Shown piece after piece: positions 1 to 13,512 of a DNA stretch of 64,000 nt. Location: contig OX597835.1 in NCBI GenBank assembly GCA_951406725.2, positions 39,556,001 to 39,620,000 on the forward strand, read 5' to 3'. A program made the translations under genes and the position numbers. Each line of letters starts with the position of its first letter. Position 1 is the stretch's first letter. This DNA comes from Octopus vulgaris. Taxonomy: Eukaryota. The notes under the pieces are model-generated. The model searched no databases. It worked only from the letters and a program-made list of their open reading frames with translations, and was not told where the DNA came from.

Positions 1-78
1 CAACGCGACTTCTGGAATCGAAGTCATGGTCTTACGATTATGAGTAGAATATCATAACCACTAAGCCACGCACATTCA
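1..78 (-). mobile_element. SINE family D head fragment (tRNA-derived), cut by window edge
   Basis: Reverse complement GTGAATGTGCGTGGCTTAGTGGTTA...TTCGATTCC matches the A-box/B-box head of copies at 34110 and 43976-44470. Confidence 0.65.
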
Positions 79-85
79 CTATAGT

Positions 86-125
<40 letters not shown>

Positions 126-128
<3 letters not shown>

Positions 129-300
129 TTTATAGCAGCAGTTCGGATTGGGGCCATGCTTGAGCATCGCTTTGGAGAGTTTAATTGATCAATACCATCC
201 CGGTATGTATTCCGTGTATGGTAAATATATTCTATTGATATTTATTGCCGAACTACAAGGTTACGGGGCCGTAAGCAAACCAACACCGGTTGTCAACCAG
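126..300 (-). mobile_element. Diverged 3' half of SINE family A
   Basis: GGCCATGCTTGAGCATCGC...TTGCCGAAC...GGTTGTCAA aligns with the family A 3' half at 38340-38510. Confidence 0.6.
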
Positions 301-331
301 TTAGAGATGAACACATTCACCAAGCTGCACA

Positions 332-632
332 TACAGGGTGTTCGGGCTAAATTTGACAGTTTGCATAAAAGGAAAAGAAAACACAATATTCCATCCGAAA
401 TTAATAGTAATTTAATAGTTCAAAATATAGCAACTAGATTATAGCTGGGAGATTGCAGCTATAGGTTCTACCCATAGGTTCTACCACAGTCTCAAAACTG
501 CTCCGGAACCTCCGTGTTCTTGGCCACCATCTCAGCCTTGAGGATTCAGGCAGAGCGGTTGATGTCCTTCTCAACCACATCCTACACATGAGATAACAAA
601 CGGGGAAATTAGGAGACCAGAAATTGAGACAG
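332..632 (-). mobile_element. Tc1/mariner-superfamily transposon end with decayed transposase C-terminus
   Basis: Begins TA-CAGGGTG, a typical Tc1/mariner terminus. Minus-strand frames give NFWSPNFP (like WPPNSPDLNP), VVEKDINRS and RFRSSFETVVE. Confidence 0.65.
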
Positions 633-636
633 AAAA

Positions 637-868
637 GGCGACGAGCTGGAAGAATCGTTAGCACGCCGGGCGAAATGCGTAGCCGTATTTCGTCTGCCAC
701 TACGTTCTGAGTTCAAATTCCGCCGAGGTCCACTTTGCCTTTCATCCTTTCGGGGTCGATCAAATAAGTACCAGTTGCGCACTGGGGTTGATATAATCGA
801 CTTAATCCGTTTGTCTGTCCTTGTTTGTCCTCTCTGTGTTTAGCCCCTTGTGGGTAGTAAAGAAATAG
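637..868 (+). mobile_element. SINE family B, full length (tRNA-like head, Meta/MESC-like core)
   Basis: Head GGCGACGAGCTGG(C)AGAATCGTTAGCAC, B-box GAGTTCAAATTC, core GACTTTGCCTTTCATCCTTTCGGGGTCGAT..AAGTACCAG, tail CCCCTTGTGGGTAGTAAAGAAATAG. Many copies in the window. The domain name comes from recalled similarity. Confidence 0.85.
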
Positions 869-1210
<342 letters not shown>

Positions 1211-1919
1211 ATGCATATGCATATGAATTGATATGCATGTTGGTTCGTACTTGAAGTGAGTAATCTATGCATCCATACATACATAAGAATATGTTCTGTG
1301 AAGAATGTGTGTGCGTCTAACTGTGTTCGCGTGTATGTATGTAGTGTGCGTATGTGTTTGTGTGTGAGTGTGTGCGTGCGCATGTGTATGTATATCTGTG
1401 TGTGTTTGTGTGTTCGTTGATGAAGTGGCAGACTTCTATCTCTTGAAGCAATCTCATTTATTTACCTTCTTAATCCAACTAGTTGGTTAATTAATTAATC
1501 TGTTAATTAATTAACTACCAAACTTAGTAATTAATCAATCATATCTTGTGATTAATATAAGTTCGGTGTTGTAGAGCAGGGAATTGGAAAACAAAATATC
1601 ATCAGATATTTACGTATCATTAGATTTAGCGTTCGAATTAATCTCCGGTCTACTTTCTCGTTCATCCATTCACGGGTTTTGTTCTTGTTTTTTTTTTGTC
1701 TTGTTATTGTTGTGTAGCCCCTTATCAGCTCTAATCACCAAACCCACAGTAAGTTGGGAGATGCCAAAATGACCAGATGCAACGATGCATCAAGGAATGC
1801 AGCCCTTTGAGCGCCGTTAATTTGACATGGCGGACTGGACGTTCAACTTGTTTTGGCTGGCGACACTATTTCTGGCACCGGAGCAAAACACGCGTGAGCG
1901 CGCAGAAATCTAAATGGTA

Positions 1920-2245
1920 AAGACCCTCCCGTCGATCATGAATGACCAAAGGATTGCACCTCGAAAGTTCCCCTCCGAGGCACAAGTTCGGGTAAGCTTG
2001 TTTATGGAAGGCCAGCAGTGGGCCATGGATACCAGTTCCTCCTCTCCACGCCACCAATGTTAACCAAGAGAAGGGCAAAGGTTGGCACCAGTGATGTCGC
2101 TATACATGTCTACAGCTGAGTGAATTGGAGTAACGTAAAAGAAAGTATCTTGCTCAAGAACACAACATAGCTCGATCCGGGAATTGAACACGCTACCTCA
2201 TGATTGTGAACCCAACGCTCTAACTACTGAGCTATGCACACACCA
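1920..2245 (-). mobile_element. SINE family D (tRNA head, CORE-like domain, tail type X)
   Basis: Minus strand shows a tRNA-like head, then TGTGTTCTTGAGCAAGATACTT...CACTCAGCTGTAG, then CACTGGTGCCAA...GGTCATTCATGA. Homologous to 55232-55566. Confidence 0.75.
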
Positions 2246-2668
2246 TTGACTTAATCATTTTCCCTCACCTCATACACACAAAAAGAAAAATGTTCGCACA
2301 CATAAACAGGAGAGAGAAAATACGTAAAACCCGGGTAAACAGTTTTATGAGTTCTAGGACCTAAGACGGTAATGTGCAATGGGTCACCTCGTCCGCTACA
2401 GAAAAAAGCTGGTTGTGTCCGTATACTTTCTCTTTCTTTGTTATAATGTCCGTTGAGCTTTATAAGTGTAACACTATCTTAACTGCATTAAACATAGCAG
2501 TTTGTCCTTTCTCTGTCCCTTTTCGAGTCACAGGGTTTCCCTCAGGGTAAACTGTCCCACGTCCTCATACGAAATACTGCATTATGTTTTCCTTATTCTG
2601 CCCCAATTGTATATGAGTCCCGTGGAAGGCTCAGCCACTTTGATGCTAATATTACGAGTAAGATTTAA

Positions 2669-2862
2669 GGCGGCGAGCTGGCAGAACCGTGAGCACGCCG
2701 AGCAAAATGCTTGACAGTATTCCTTAAGTCTTTACGTTCTGGATTCAAATTCCGCAGAGGTCGACTTTGCCTTTAATATAAGTAGCAGTTAAGCACTGGG
2801 GTCGATTTAATCGACTTACCCACTTCACCGAAATTGCTGGCCTTGTGCCAAAATTTGAAATA
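2669..2862 (+). mobile_element. SINE family B (short-tail variant)
   Basis: Family B head and core with tail AAATTGCTGGCCTTGTGCCAAAATTTGAAA. Confidence 0.75.
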
Positions 2863-3117
2863 TGTATTACGAGTACATAGCTCAGGTGGATGAGTAAGCG
2901 AATACTCGTCGAAACAGGCGGCGGCTGCTGTATGAGGTGGAAGAGCATCATCTACCCCCTCTGCCTCATCATCATCATCATCATTATCGTCGGCGTTGTC
3001 GTTATCATCAGCATCATCATCAATATCGTTACCATCATCAGCAACAACAACATCACTGGCTGCAGCGACGGCATTGTCTCTCTCTTCACCATCATTATCA
3101 TCATCCTGCTAGTCTTA

Positions 3118-3478
3118 GAAGGGACAAACAAGGACAGACAAAGGGATTAAGTGCGTAACTGGTACTTCATTTATCGACCCCGAAAGGATGAAAGGCAAAG
3201 TCGATCTCGGCGGAATTTGAACTCAGAGCGTAGCGGCAGACGAAATACCTATTTCTTTACTACCCACAAGGGGCTAAACACAGAGAGGACAAACAAGGAT
3301 AGACAAAGGGATTAAGTCGATTATATCGACCCCAGTGCCTAACTGGTACTTATTTAATCGACCCCGAAAGGATGAAAGGCAAAGTCGATCTCGACGGAAT
3401 TTGAACTCAGAACGTAACGGCAGACGAAATACCGCTAAGCATTTCGCCCGGCGTGCTAACGTTTCTGCCAGCTCGCCT
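3118..3478 (-). mobile_element. Two tandem SINE family B copies (one partial)
   Basis: ATCGACCCCGAAAGGATGAAAGGCAAAGTCGA occurs near 3173 and again near 3357. The head ends at CTGCCAGCTCGCC. Confidence 0.85.
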
Positions 3479-3769
3479 GCTAGTCTATCGCCTCAGGTAA
3501 TTTCCAATAGCTGTGGAGCTCGGTTGTAAAGAGGACGAAACAGTGTCACTCCCCAACTGGTTCTTCTTTGGCCGTTCTAAATGTAGCCGCCACCACAAAG
3601 CCTTCAGAAAAAAAAACTTCTAGGTACTTATTCACCAGCTAGAAATAACACCTGAATAGTTCTTATATCATACACAAGTCTCAAAAGGCGGACACAATGT
3701 CCCTGGTTCCAAACTGCTTAAGATGAAAGAGACGTATGGCAACGGCTGTAAGTTTACTGATGAGGGCCT

Positions 3770-4174
3770 AATATGCAAGTGAAACGTAGTCGAAGAGGAG
3801 TAAAGCATCGATTGGCTATAATGCAAAGGGCGATGGAAAGATCCATGCTAGAAATAACATTGCTGGAGTATAGAGAAATTGCGTAATTCGAGAATGGTGC
3901 GAAGCGATGACGTGGTGAAATAACACCGGAAGCACAAGTTCCGATGGGCCAGACATGTTGGAATGTTCACTGATAATAAATGGACTTGCGCAGTCACCGA
4001 GTGGCGTCGAAGAGATCGTGAAAGGCCATTTGGAAGGCGTCCACGACAATGGGAAGACGATTTAGCCTAATGATGTGGACCAAGCTGGAAAACAATGGTT
4101 CATTCAAGAAAGAATTTGAAGCGCATTGTGGTAAATAGTACCGAACAACATCCTATCGATACAGCGATACCGTA

Positions 4175-4176
<2 letters not shown>
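3770..4176 (+). pseudogene. Decayed 3' end of an RTE-clade LINE
   Basis: Frames give YASET, QRAMERSML, KFRWARHV and RPFGRRPRQWEDDL, all typical RTE ORF C-terminal motifs, with stops and frameshifts. Confidence 0.8.
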
Positions 4177-4239
<63 letters not shown>

Positions 4240-4435
4240 GTATGTCTTTTACTCTGTTTTTTCGTTGTTTTAAAAAAATGTCCGTTTCCTTGGTTTTGTT
4301 TTTGTTTTCGTTTCTCATTGTGTTCGACGTTTTTTTTTTTTTTGATGTCCTGTACCCATATATGCATATATACATATAGATGTAGGTACGTACATATATG
4401 TATGTATATATGCATACGTTTTATTTATTATTTTG

Positions 4436-4497
<62 letters not shown>

Positions 4498-5231
4498 AAT
4501 GTATATATCTATATCTATTCATATATATAGAGAGAGAGATTGGGAGAGAAGGGGAGAAGGGGAGGGGTGAGAAACAGACAGGCGGACGGACGGACAGACT
4601 GACAGAAGTACTTGCCTAAAAATTCTACCCAAATGGATTGAACTCGAACCCAAACTCTTCCGTGGCAAACCCCCTTAACCACGCAGCTGCGCCAGCGTCT
4701 GCAGCATATTTAACAATGCATTCCGCCATGACGTTGATAGCAATTCATATAATTGTATAATTAAGTGCGTTTGTTAATTAATGATTTATTCATGTTACTT
4801 TAATTACCTACAAGCTAATTAAATTATATATTTAGTGTGTTTCTCTGTTGACAGGTGCCCGCCGCCGTAAAATGAATAAATATCTTTAAGACGGCCATAT
4901 TGATTATTACAACATGATGTGTGTGTGTATGTGTTTATGTGTGTTTATATATGTGTGAGTGTGTTGCTGTGTGTAAATGAAGTGTATGTGTGTGTGTGTG
5001 AGTGAGAGAGAGTGTGTGTGTGGATGTTTTATGTTCGAGTACGTATCTAATGACATTGCAGATTATTCATGTGTGTATATGATCATTTATATATATGTAC
5101 GTTTAAATGTGTTTCTGTGTGTATTTATGCATATCTGCATTTATGTATGTTGTTATATAGGTATGAATTTATATATCTATGCTTGCATATGTATGCGTAT
5201 ATATTCGTGTGTGGATGAACGTACGTATGTG

Positions 5232-5290
<59 letters not shown>

Positions 5291-5338
5291 TGTACGCTCT
5301 TATGTATATATATATATGTATGTGTATGTGTGTGTATT

Positions 5339-5371
<33 letters not shown>

Positions 5372-5524
5372 ATATTTACGTATGTGCATGTAAATATGTA
5401 TATGTATAAATATATATATATATATACATATAAATGTATTTTATGTATTTATGTATGTGTATATATATGTGTGTGTATATATATATATATATATATAAAC
5501 ATATATATATATATATATATATAG

Positions 5525-5557
<33 letters not shown>

Positions 5558-5586
5558 CATAGATAGATAGATAGATACATAGATAC

Positions 5587-5679
<93 letters not shown>

Positions 5680-6050
5680 CAGACATATCATTTTACACAG
5701 GTAACTTCTTCAACAGAGATAGAGGCTGGATTTTGGATCTCGCTGGTTTTCGCTATCGTAGCAGTGGCGTAGTTTTCATACCAGTTGGCAGCGATGTAAT
5801 ACTGCCAGTTCCGTAAATTGGTCGTTCCATAATGGTAAATGGTAGGTGCAGGTTAGGCAGCGGGAATTGTGGTTTTTCTGACAACTGTGCGTCCGTATCA
5901 TCTTTAGCTGCTCCTGCTGCTGAAGATGAAGATGTAGCGTAGGAAACGCAATTGAAGACGGAGCGGGGAGTGGAGGGTAACCGTATCCAACAGAGAATGC
6001 ATGTATGCATGAATGTATGTATTATGTATGCGTGTATATATCAGTATAGA

Positions 6051-6135
<85 letters not shown>

Positions 6136-6149
6136 TATGTGTATATATA

Positions 6150-6320
6150 GGCGCAGGAGTGGCTGTGTGGTAAGTAGCTTGCTAACCAACCACATGGTTC
6201 CGGGTTCAGTCCCACTGCGTGGCATCTTGGGTAAGTGTCTTCTGCTATAGCCCCGGGCCGATCAATGCCTTGTGAGTGGATTTGGTAGACGGAAACTGAA
6301 AGAAGCCTGTCGTATATATG

Positions 6321-6355
<35 letters not shown>

Positions 6356-6410
6356 TAGTGTGTCTGTGTTTGTCTGTGTTTGACGGAAACTGAAAGAAGC
6401 CTGTCGTATA
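6150..6410 (+). mobile_element. SINE family A, 5' half
   Basis: GGCGCAGGAGTGGCTGTGTGGTAAG (A-box), GGTTCAGTCCC (B-box), GTGGATTTGGTAGACGGAAACTGAAAGAAGCC, then the internal (TA)n(TG)n tract. Confidence 0.88.
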
Positions 6411-6414
6411 TATG

Positions 6415-6471
<57 letters not shown>

Positions 6472-6720
6472 GTGCGTGTATGTATGTGTATGCATGAATC
6501 TATGGATATATATATATATATATATATGAATAATTTCGTATGTATGACTGTTTGTATGTATGTATACATAAATATGCGCGTATATATACATGTATGTTTA
6601 AGAATGTATTTGTATGTATATAAATTTATGTTCGTGCACGTATACATACATGTGTGTTTAAGTATGTCTCCGTATATAAATGCATACGTGTATACGTACA
6701 TATAGATCTATGTGTGCGGA

Positions 6721-6784
<64 letters not shown>

Positions 6785-6906
6785 CGTGCGAGCGCATGTA
6801 TAGATGTGTATTCATGTATTTACGTATGGATATGTATGGACATGTGACTCTGTATGTATGCGTACGAGTATACATGTAAGTAAATAGGTGAATATATGTA
6901 TACATA

Positions 6907-6981
<75 letters not shown>

Positions 6982-7624
6982 GTGTGTATGTACATGCACG
7001 TATATGTGTATGTATGTGTAACTATCTGTGTAGGTAAGTGTATAAGTATACTTGTATGTATGTGTATATATGTGTCTATGTATGTACGTTTGCTTGTACA
7101 TGTATGTATGTATGTGTGTGTGTGTATGGATGAGTGGATGGATGTATATATACGTATATTGTACGTCTGCGTGTGAATGCTCTTGAATTTGTATTTATAG
7201 ATATTTGTTTATGAGTGTATCTGCGTATGTTTGTATGTTTGTGTGCATATGTGTGTGTGCTTGTGCGTGTTTTTGTTTGTGTTTGTGTGTGTGTGTGTGC
7301 ATGTGTGAGAGCACGCATGCGCACGATGCAGCATAGGACGGATATGTTTTACACCATCTAGTATTTCTTCATCCTGTATGATATAATAAATAGGAACTTC
7401 CCCTTCTTGTAAGTGCATAGTCACCCGGCGAGACAGTGTCGTAGATATATGACCAGTATAATGTGTCGTGTACTGAAGTTTACAACTCTGAAATTACTCA
7501 CTGCTTCTTTATGGTTTTGGCTCTGTATTCATATCGCTTCATAATTTTACTGTGTTTACATACATATTAGTATCGTTAATTTATCGCTTGGTGCAATGTA
7601 TTTTGTCTTGTCTTACTAAATTTG

Positions 7625-7928
7625 TTGTTTGTTTCTTCTCGAGCCATGCCTGACTCATAAGGGCCGGTTTCCCGTATTCTTGGCGTATAGGTTCCCCACC
7701 TGGACGAGACGCCGGTCCGTCGCGGGTGAGCTGCAAGATGCAGGAGGAAAGAGTGAGAGAAATTTGTGGCGAAAGAGTCAGCAGAAATTTCGCCATTACC
7801 TTCTGCCGGAGCCGCGTGGAGCTTAGGTGTTTCGCTCATAAACACACACATCGTCCAGTCTGAGATTCGAACCCGCGATCCCTCGACCGCGAGTCCGCTG
7901 CTGTAACCGCTAGGCCATGTGCTTCCAC
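7625..7928 (-). mobile_element. SINE family C with V-domain-like tail
   Basis: Minus-strand head GGAAGCACATGGCCTAGCGGTTACAGCAGCGGACTCGCGGTCG. Tail GCGACGGACCGGCGTCTCGTCCAGGTGGGG. Confidence 0.75.
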
Positions 7929-8204
7929 TCTTACTAAATTAAATACATTCTATAATTAGTAATGTATTGAATTCACGTAGAATTCCTTCTAAGTAGTTTG
8001 GATATTTTTGATAGAGTCCGCTGTTATGTACATGTGTTGTACTTTTGCATTCTTCTATGAATTCGACCATTAATTTTGAATATACCTTAATGATTAAGGC
8101 AAAGTCGACTTCGGCAGAATCTAAACTGTTTGCAGGACATTTTTTCCGGTATGCCAAAGTCGACATTGCCGTAGGTTCTGCCAAAGAGCTACTTTAATAA
8201 TAAT

Positions 8205-8375
8205 GCCCAAAACCACTACAAGCTGTGGCGACACGACCAGCTATCGAAAGTGCCTCATTGGAAACTGTGCGAAAAGGGGGCGGCTAGAGAGAAGCAAGAC
8301 GTGGTATGAGCACAAAACACTGAGTGTGGCAGAAACGGAGACTAGCACAATCTTCTGGGATTTCCCATTCCAAAC
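8205..8375 (+). pseudogene. R4/Dong-like (RLE-type) non-LTR retrotransposon fragment
   Basis: AQNHYKLWRHDQ..HWKLCEK (frameshift) LERSKTWYEHK..VAETE...IFWDFPFQT matches the RHD/HWxLC/WYEH/LWDF motifs upstream of the RLE nuclease. Preceded by TAATAATAAT. Confidence 0.75.
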
Positions 8376-8562
8376 ACACATACACATATATATACATATA
8401 TACGACGGGATTCTTTCGGTTTCCGTTTACCAAATCCACTCACAAGGCTTTGGCCGTCCCGAGGCTATAGAAGACACTTGCCCAAGGTGTGACGCAGTGG
8501 GACTGAACCCGGAACAATGTGGTTGGTAAGCAAGCAACTTACCACACAGCCACTCGTACGCC
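8376..8562 (-). mobile_element. SINE family A, 5' half
   Basis: Reverse complement of the family A head and body. Confidence 0.8.
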
Positions 8563-8593
8563 GATATATACACATTATTATATATATATATAT

Positions 8594-8901
8594 ATCACGT
8601 GATCACGTGACCGACCAGACTCTCAGGTGTTGCTACACATCGCTGGTCACAATGCGCTTCGCATTGTTTTAGCCTTCAAATGATGCCACCCCGCTGGCTA
8701 AGGGAGCAGGCCAACGGAAGAAAGAGTGAGAGGAAGTTGTGGCGAAAGAGTACAGCAGGGATGGCCACCACCCCCTGCAGGAGCCTCCTGGAGCTTTAAC
8801 TGTTTTCGCTCAATAAACACTTACAACGCCCTGTCTCGGAATCGAAACCGCGATCCTACGATCGCGAGTCCGCAGCCCTAACCACCGGGTCATTGCGCCT
8901 C
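8594..8901 (-). mobile_element. SINE family C with RTE-like tail
   Basis: Family C head. Tail GAAGCGCATTGTGACCAGCGATGTGTAGCAAC...GGTCGGTCACGTGATCACGTG. CATTATTATA on both sides is a probable TSD. Twin of 24526-24847. Confidence 0.85.
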
Positions 8902-9003
8902 TCCGCATTATTATACATATATATCTTTATGTGTAAATTTTTTTAAGTGGAGCCCAGATTTGAATATATCAAGAAAAAGGGGGCAGTTGGAAAGGAAACG
9001 ATT

Positions 9004-9040
9004 TACTGAATGCTTTCGTCCCATTTAGGGATTCATCATG
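9004..9040 (-). ncRNA. Degenerate hammerhead ribozyme motif
   Basis: Minus strand reads ca-TGATGA-a-TCCC-taaat-GGGA-c-GAAA-gcattc. C3 is lost and stem I is not recoverable. Confidence 0.45.
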
Positions 9041-9480
9041 AAGCCCGAAGAGGGGCGAACACGCAAAAACATGGCTAATCACTTTGTGTGTGTGTGTGCG
9101 TTTGTGCGTTTCTGTGTGTGTATGTGTCTAATATGCACGCATGTGCCTGTGTGAGCTAGTGATTATATATACAAATAGGTAAATACATATTTCATTTTAT
9201 CAATATATTATATACACTTATATTTATCAGAGTAAATATATATATATATACATACATACATACATACGTACATACATACATACATACATACATACATACA
9301 TACATACATACATACATACATACATACATACATACATACGTACGTACGTACATACATATATACATATAAATACTAATATATATATTTCATCCGTAGACAC
9401 ATGCACACACGCATTTCTTTAGGTGGTTAAAATTCGCTGTATATATATATACATGATTGTGGGCTTCTAAGTATATATAG

Positions 9481-9613
<133 letters not shown>

Positions 9614-9622
9614 GTATATATT

Positions 9623-9703
<81 letters not shown>

Positions 9704-10840
9704 TATATATATATATATATAAATATATATATATGTGTATGTCTGTGGGTACGTGTGTATATATGTATCTGTGTATATAAATGTACATAATATATACAGA
9801 TATTCATAATCCTAGACAAATATAGAGAGCGGCGCCATTTATTTTTTATATATATTTCTTTTATTTCATTTATGCACATACATATACATTATATACTATA
9901 TATTTATGTATCTATATATATATATATATATATATATTCCTTTTTTTTCTTTCCCTTTTTTTTCAAATTTGTGAATAATTCCAGTGAATTCCACGCATGA
10001 AATATGTCTTCGATCAAACGTGAATGACAAAGGTTGTAATGAATCATAAACGAACGATTTGCTCTGGTATTGTGTGTTTTATAGCTCGTCCCCCCTCTCT
10101 CTCCCTCTCTCTCTTTCTTTCTCTCTCCTTTTCTGTCTGTCTCTGTCTCTCTCTCTCTCTCTCTCTGTTCCACTCTCTCTGTGTCTTTCTCTTCCTCTCT
10201 TCACTGGAGAATACCGGTAGAAAATTTCTAATCTTTGAACAAATATATCTTTGTGCGTGTATTTATTATGTGCGTGTTTGTGTATATATGTGTGTATTGT
10301 TTATCTGTGCGCGCGCAATTGCGTGCGTGCGTGCGAGCGTGTTTGTGTGTGCGTGTGTGCGTGCGTGCCTGTGTTTGTGTGTGTGTGTGTGAATGTGTGT
10401 GTGGTTTTAGGTGTTGTTGGTTGGTGTGTGTGTTGCGTGAATAAATTTATGCGTACGTTTGTTTATTTATATATATCAATGTATATTCATATGGGTGTAT
10501 GCCTATATATATGTATATATATATATACACATACATATATTCATATACACACACATCTATATATATATATGCATACACATACATATATCTACATATATAT
10601 ACGTATATATACACATATACATACACACACATACATATATACATATATATATGTGTATTATATACATATGAAAAAATATATACATACACATATATATATA
10701 TACATATATGTATATATATATATGTGTGTGTGTATACATATGTATAATTATTTAGATATAGAAATATATATAGTATATAAATATGTATGCATAAATATAT
10801 ACACACATACGCGCGCACATTCATACATAGCATATAAATG

Positions 10841-10909
<69 letters not shown>

Positions 10910-10935
10910 TTATACATATACATATACATATACGT

Positions 10936-10986
<51 letters not shown>

Positions 10987-11094
10987 GCATATATAGCATA
11001 TAAATGTACACACATTCGATTACACATACACACAAAAATTCGTATTTTTTTTTGTATGTATATTTACATATTTACATATACCTATACGTTTGTG

Positions 11095-11127
<33 letters not shown>

Positions 11128-11344
11128 GTATGTATATGTGAATAAATGCAGGTTTGTTTGAATGATGGATATTTGTGTATATATGACACACCTTCTCTCA
11201 CTCTCACCCCCTCCCTCCTTTTTTTTTCATACCCCACTATCTCTCTCCGTCTCTCTCTCTCTCTCTCTCTCTCTTTCTACTCCTCTTCTTCTATCCCTCC
11301 TGCCCTCTCTCTCTCTCTCTCTCTTTCTTTCCTTTTGCCCTTAC

Positions 11345-11388
<44 letters not shown>

Positions 11389-11651
11389 TTCAGTATATAT
11401 CATCGTAGGAGAGCGAAATATTCTAATCAATATTGAGCTGGAAATATATTATTGCGTTTCCGGCGTGTATACTTGTGTATATGTAACTGTAATATTTTAC
11501 TTTTCACTTAGCAATTATAGACACATACACATGCGCACACCCACCCACTCACATACTGAAACACACGCACACACACACACACACAGAGAATTACATACGC
11601 CAAGTTAGGCACATACATACGTGTATCTTGAGATATGTATATATACATGTG

Positions 11652-11715
<64 letters not shown>

Positions 11716-12130
11716 ATGCACAAGAATAGGTATATATAAGTGAATTTAAATATGTGTATGTATATGTGTGTATGCGTGTGCATTTGTGTGTGTGTGTGTA
11801 AAATTTGTCTACCTACTCTTATAAAACATAAACATGCTTTTTGTTCCGTAATGTGAGTCTAATGGGTGAATCTCTGTGCGTATAATGAAATAATTACACA
11901 TTCATTTCCTTTATCTCTGCCCCCACTCTCTCTCTATCTATCTATCTATCTATCTCTATTTCTCCGTCTCTCTCTTTCTCTTTCTGTCTCGTTCTTCACA
12001 CACACACAAACACACCCACACATGCATACACTCGTACACTCAAACACTCTCAGATACATACACACACACACACACACATATATATATGTGAGTATATATA
12101 TATATATATGTATATACATATATATATATT

Positions 12131-12165
<35 letters not shown>

Positions 12166-12180
12166 TCATATATATATATA

Positions 12181-12269
<89 letters not shown>

Positions 12270-12410
12270 GTATGTATGCACATATGTATATAACCGTTTA
12301 TGTATACATGTATGCAATCGTAGAAATTTTCTGAATACATTTGCAATATGTAAATCTAAATAATTGTGAAAGTGAGCAAATTATATTTAACGAAATATTA
12401 TGATACATAA

Positions 12411-12481
<71 letters not shown>

Positions 12482-13010
12482 TGTATGTTACATACGCATA
12501 TATACAAATATAATCATTACTAACATTTCTAAGTCATAACTATATATATATATTTGTGTGTATGTGTGTGAGGTGTGTGTATGTGTGTGTGTGTATGTAT
12601 ATATGTATGCAATAACGATATATACATATTTATGTATATATATATATATATGTATGTATATATATATATGTGCATATATATATGTATATATATATGTGCA
12701 TATATATATGTATATATATATATGTGTGTGTGTGTATATGTACGTTATGTTTATATCTGTATATATGTGTGCACACACACATATATATATATATGTGTGC
12801 ACACACACATATATATATATGCATGTGTGCGTTTGTACGTTTAAATATATGAGAGTATAATGTGCGCGTGTTGCTGCAATATATAATTATACGCACAAAC
12901 ACACATACTCATATATGTATTTATATTCAGAAAGACATATATATGCATACATACACACATATGTTTGTATATACATATATGTATGTTTGAATATACATAT
13001 ATGTATGTTT

Positions 13011-13049
<39 letters not shown>

Positions 13050-13449
13050 TATATTTTTTGTTTAGATACGCACATATATCCCTGTATATATACACATACA
13101 CATGTACATACATATATACATACATAGATGCATACATCACTGCCTCAAAAACCCCAGGGAAATAGATCTCTCTGCACACAAACATACAAAGCGCAGAAAA
13201 TACTTTCTATGGAAGCTTAGCATGAAACTGCTTCAAAATAAAACACTATTTGTTAATTCCATAATCGTAAAAACTCGTAATAAACCAGCTGGAATATTTC
13301 CTATTGCTTCCTCGTACCACCACTACCTCCCCCCATCACACACACACACTCAATACACCACCCAAACCCACCCTGCAACAGCCATTATATCGTATAATTC
13401 AGTGGTACTTATTTTCGGCTAATAACTCTTTCTTTTTATATACCTACAA

Positions 13450-13512
<63 letters not shown>

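Noticed and set aside
3757-3795. CTGATGA...GAAACGTAGTC as a hammerhead
   Set aside because: Stem II does not pair, and the GAAAC belongs to the RTE YASET codons.
5786-5815. miR-8/miR-200-like seed TAATACTG
   Set aside because: Only the seed matches, and the local hairpin is far too short for a pre-miRNA.
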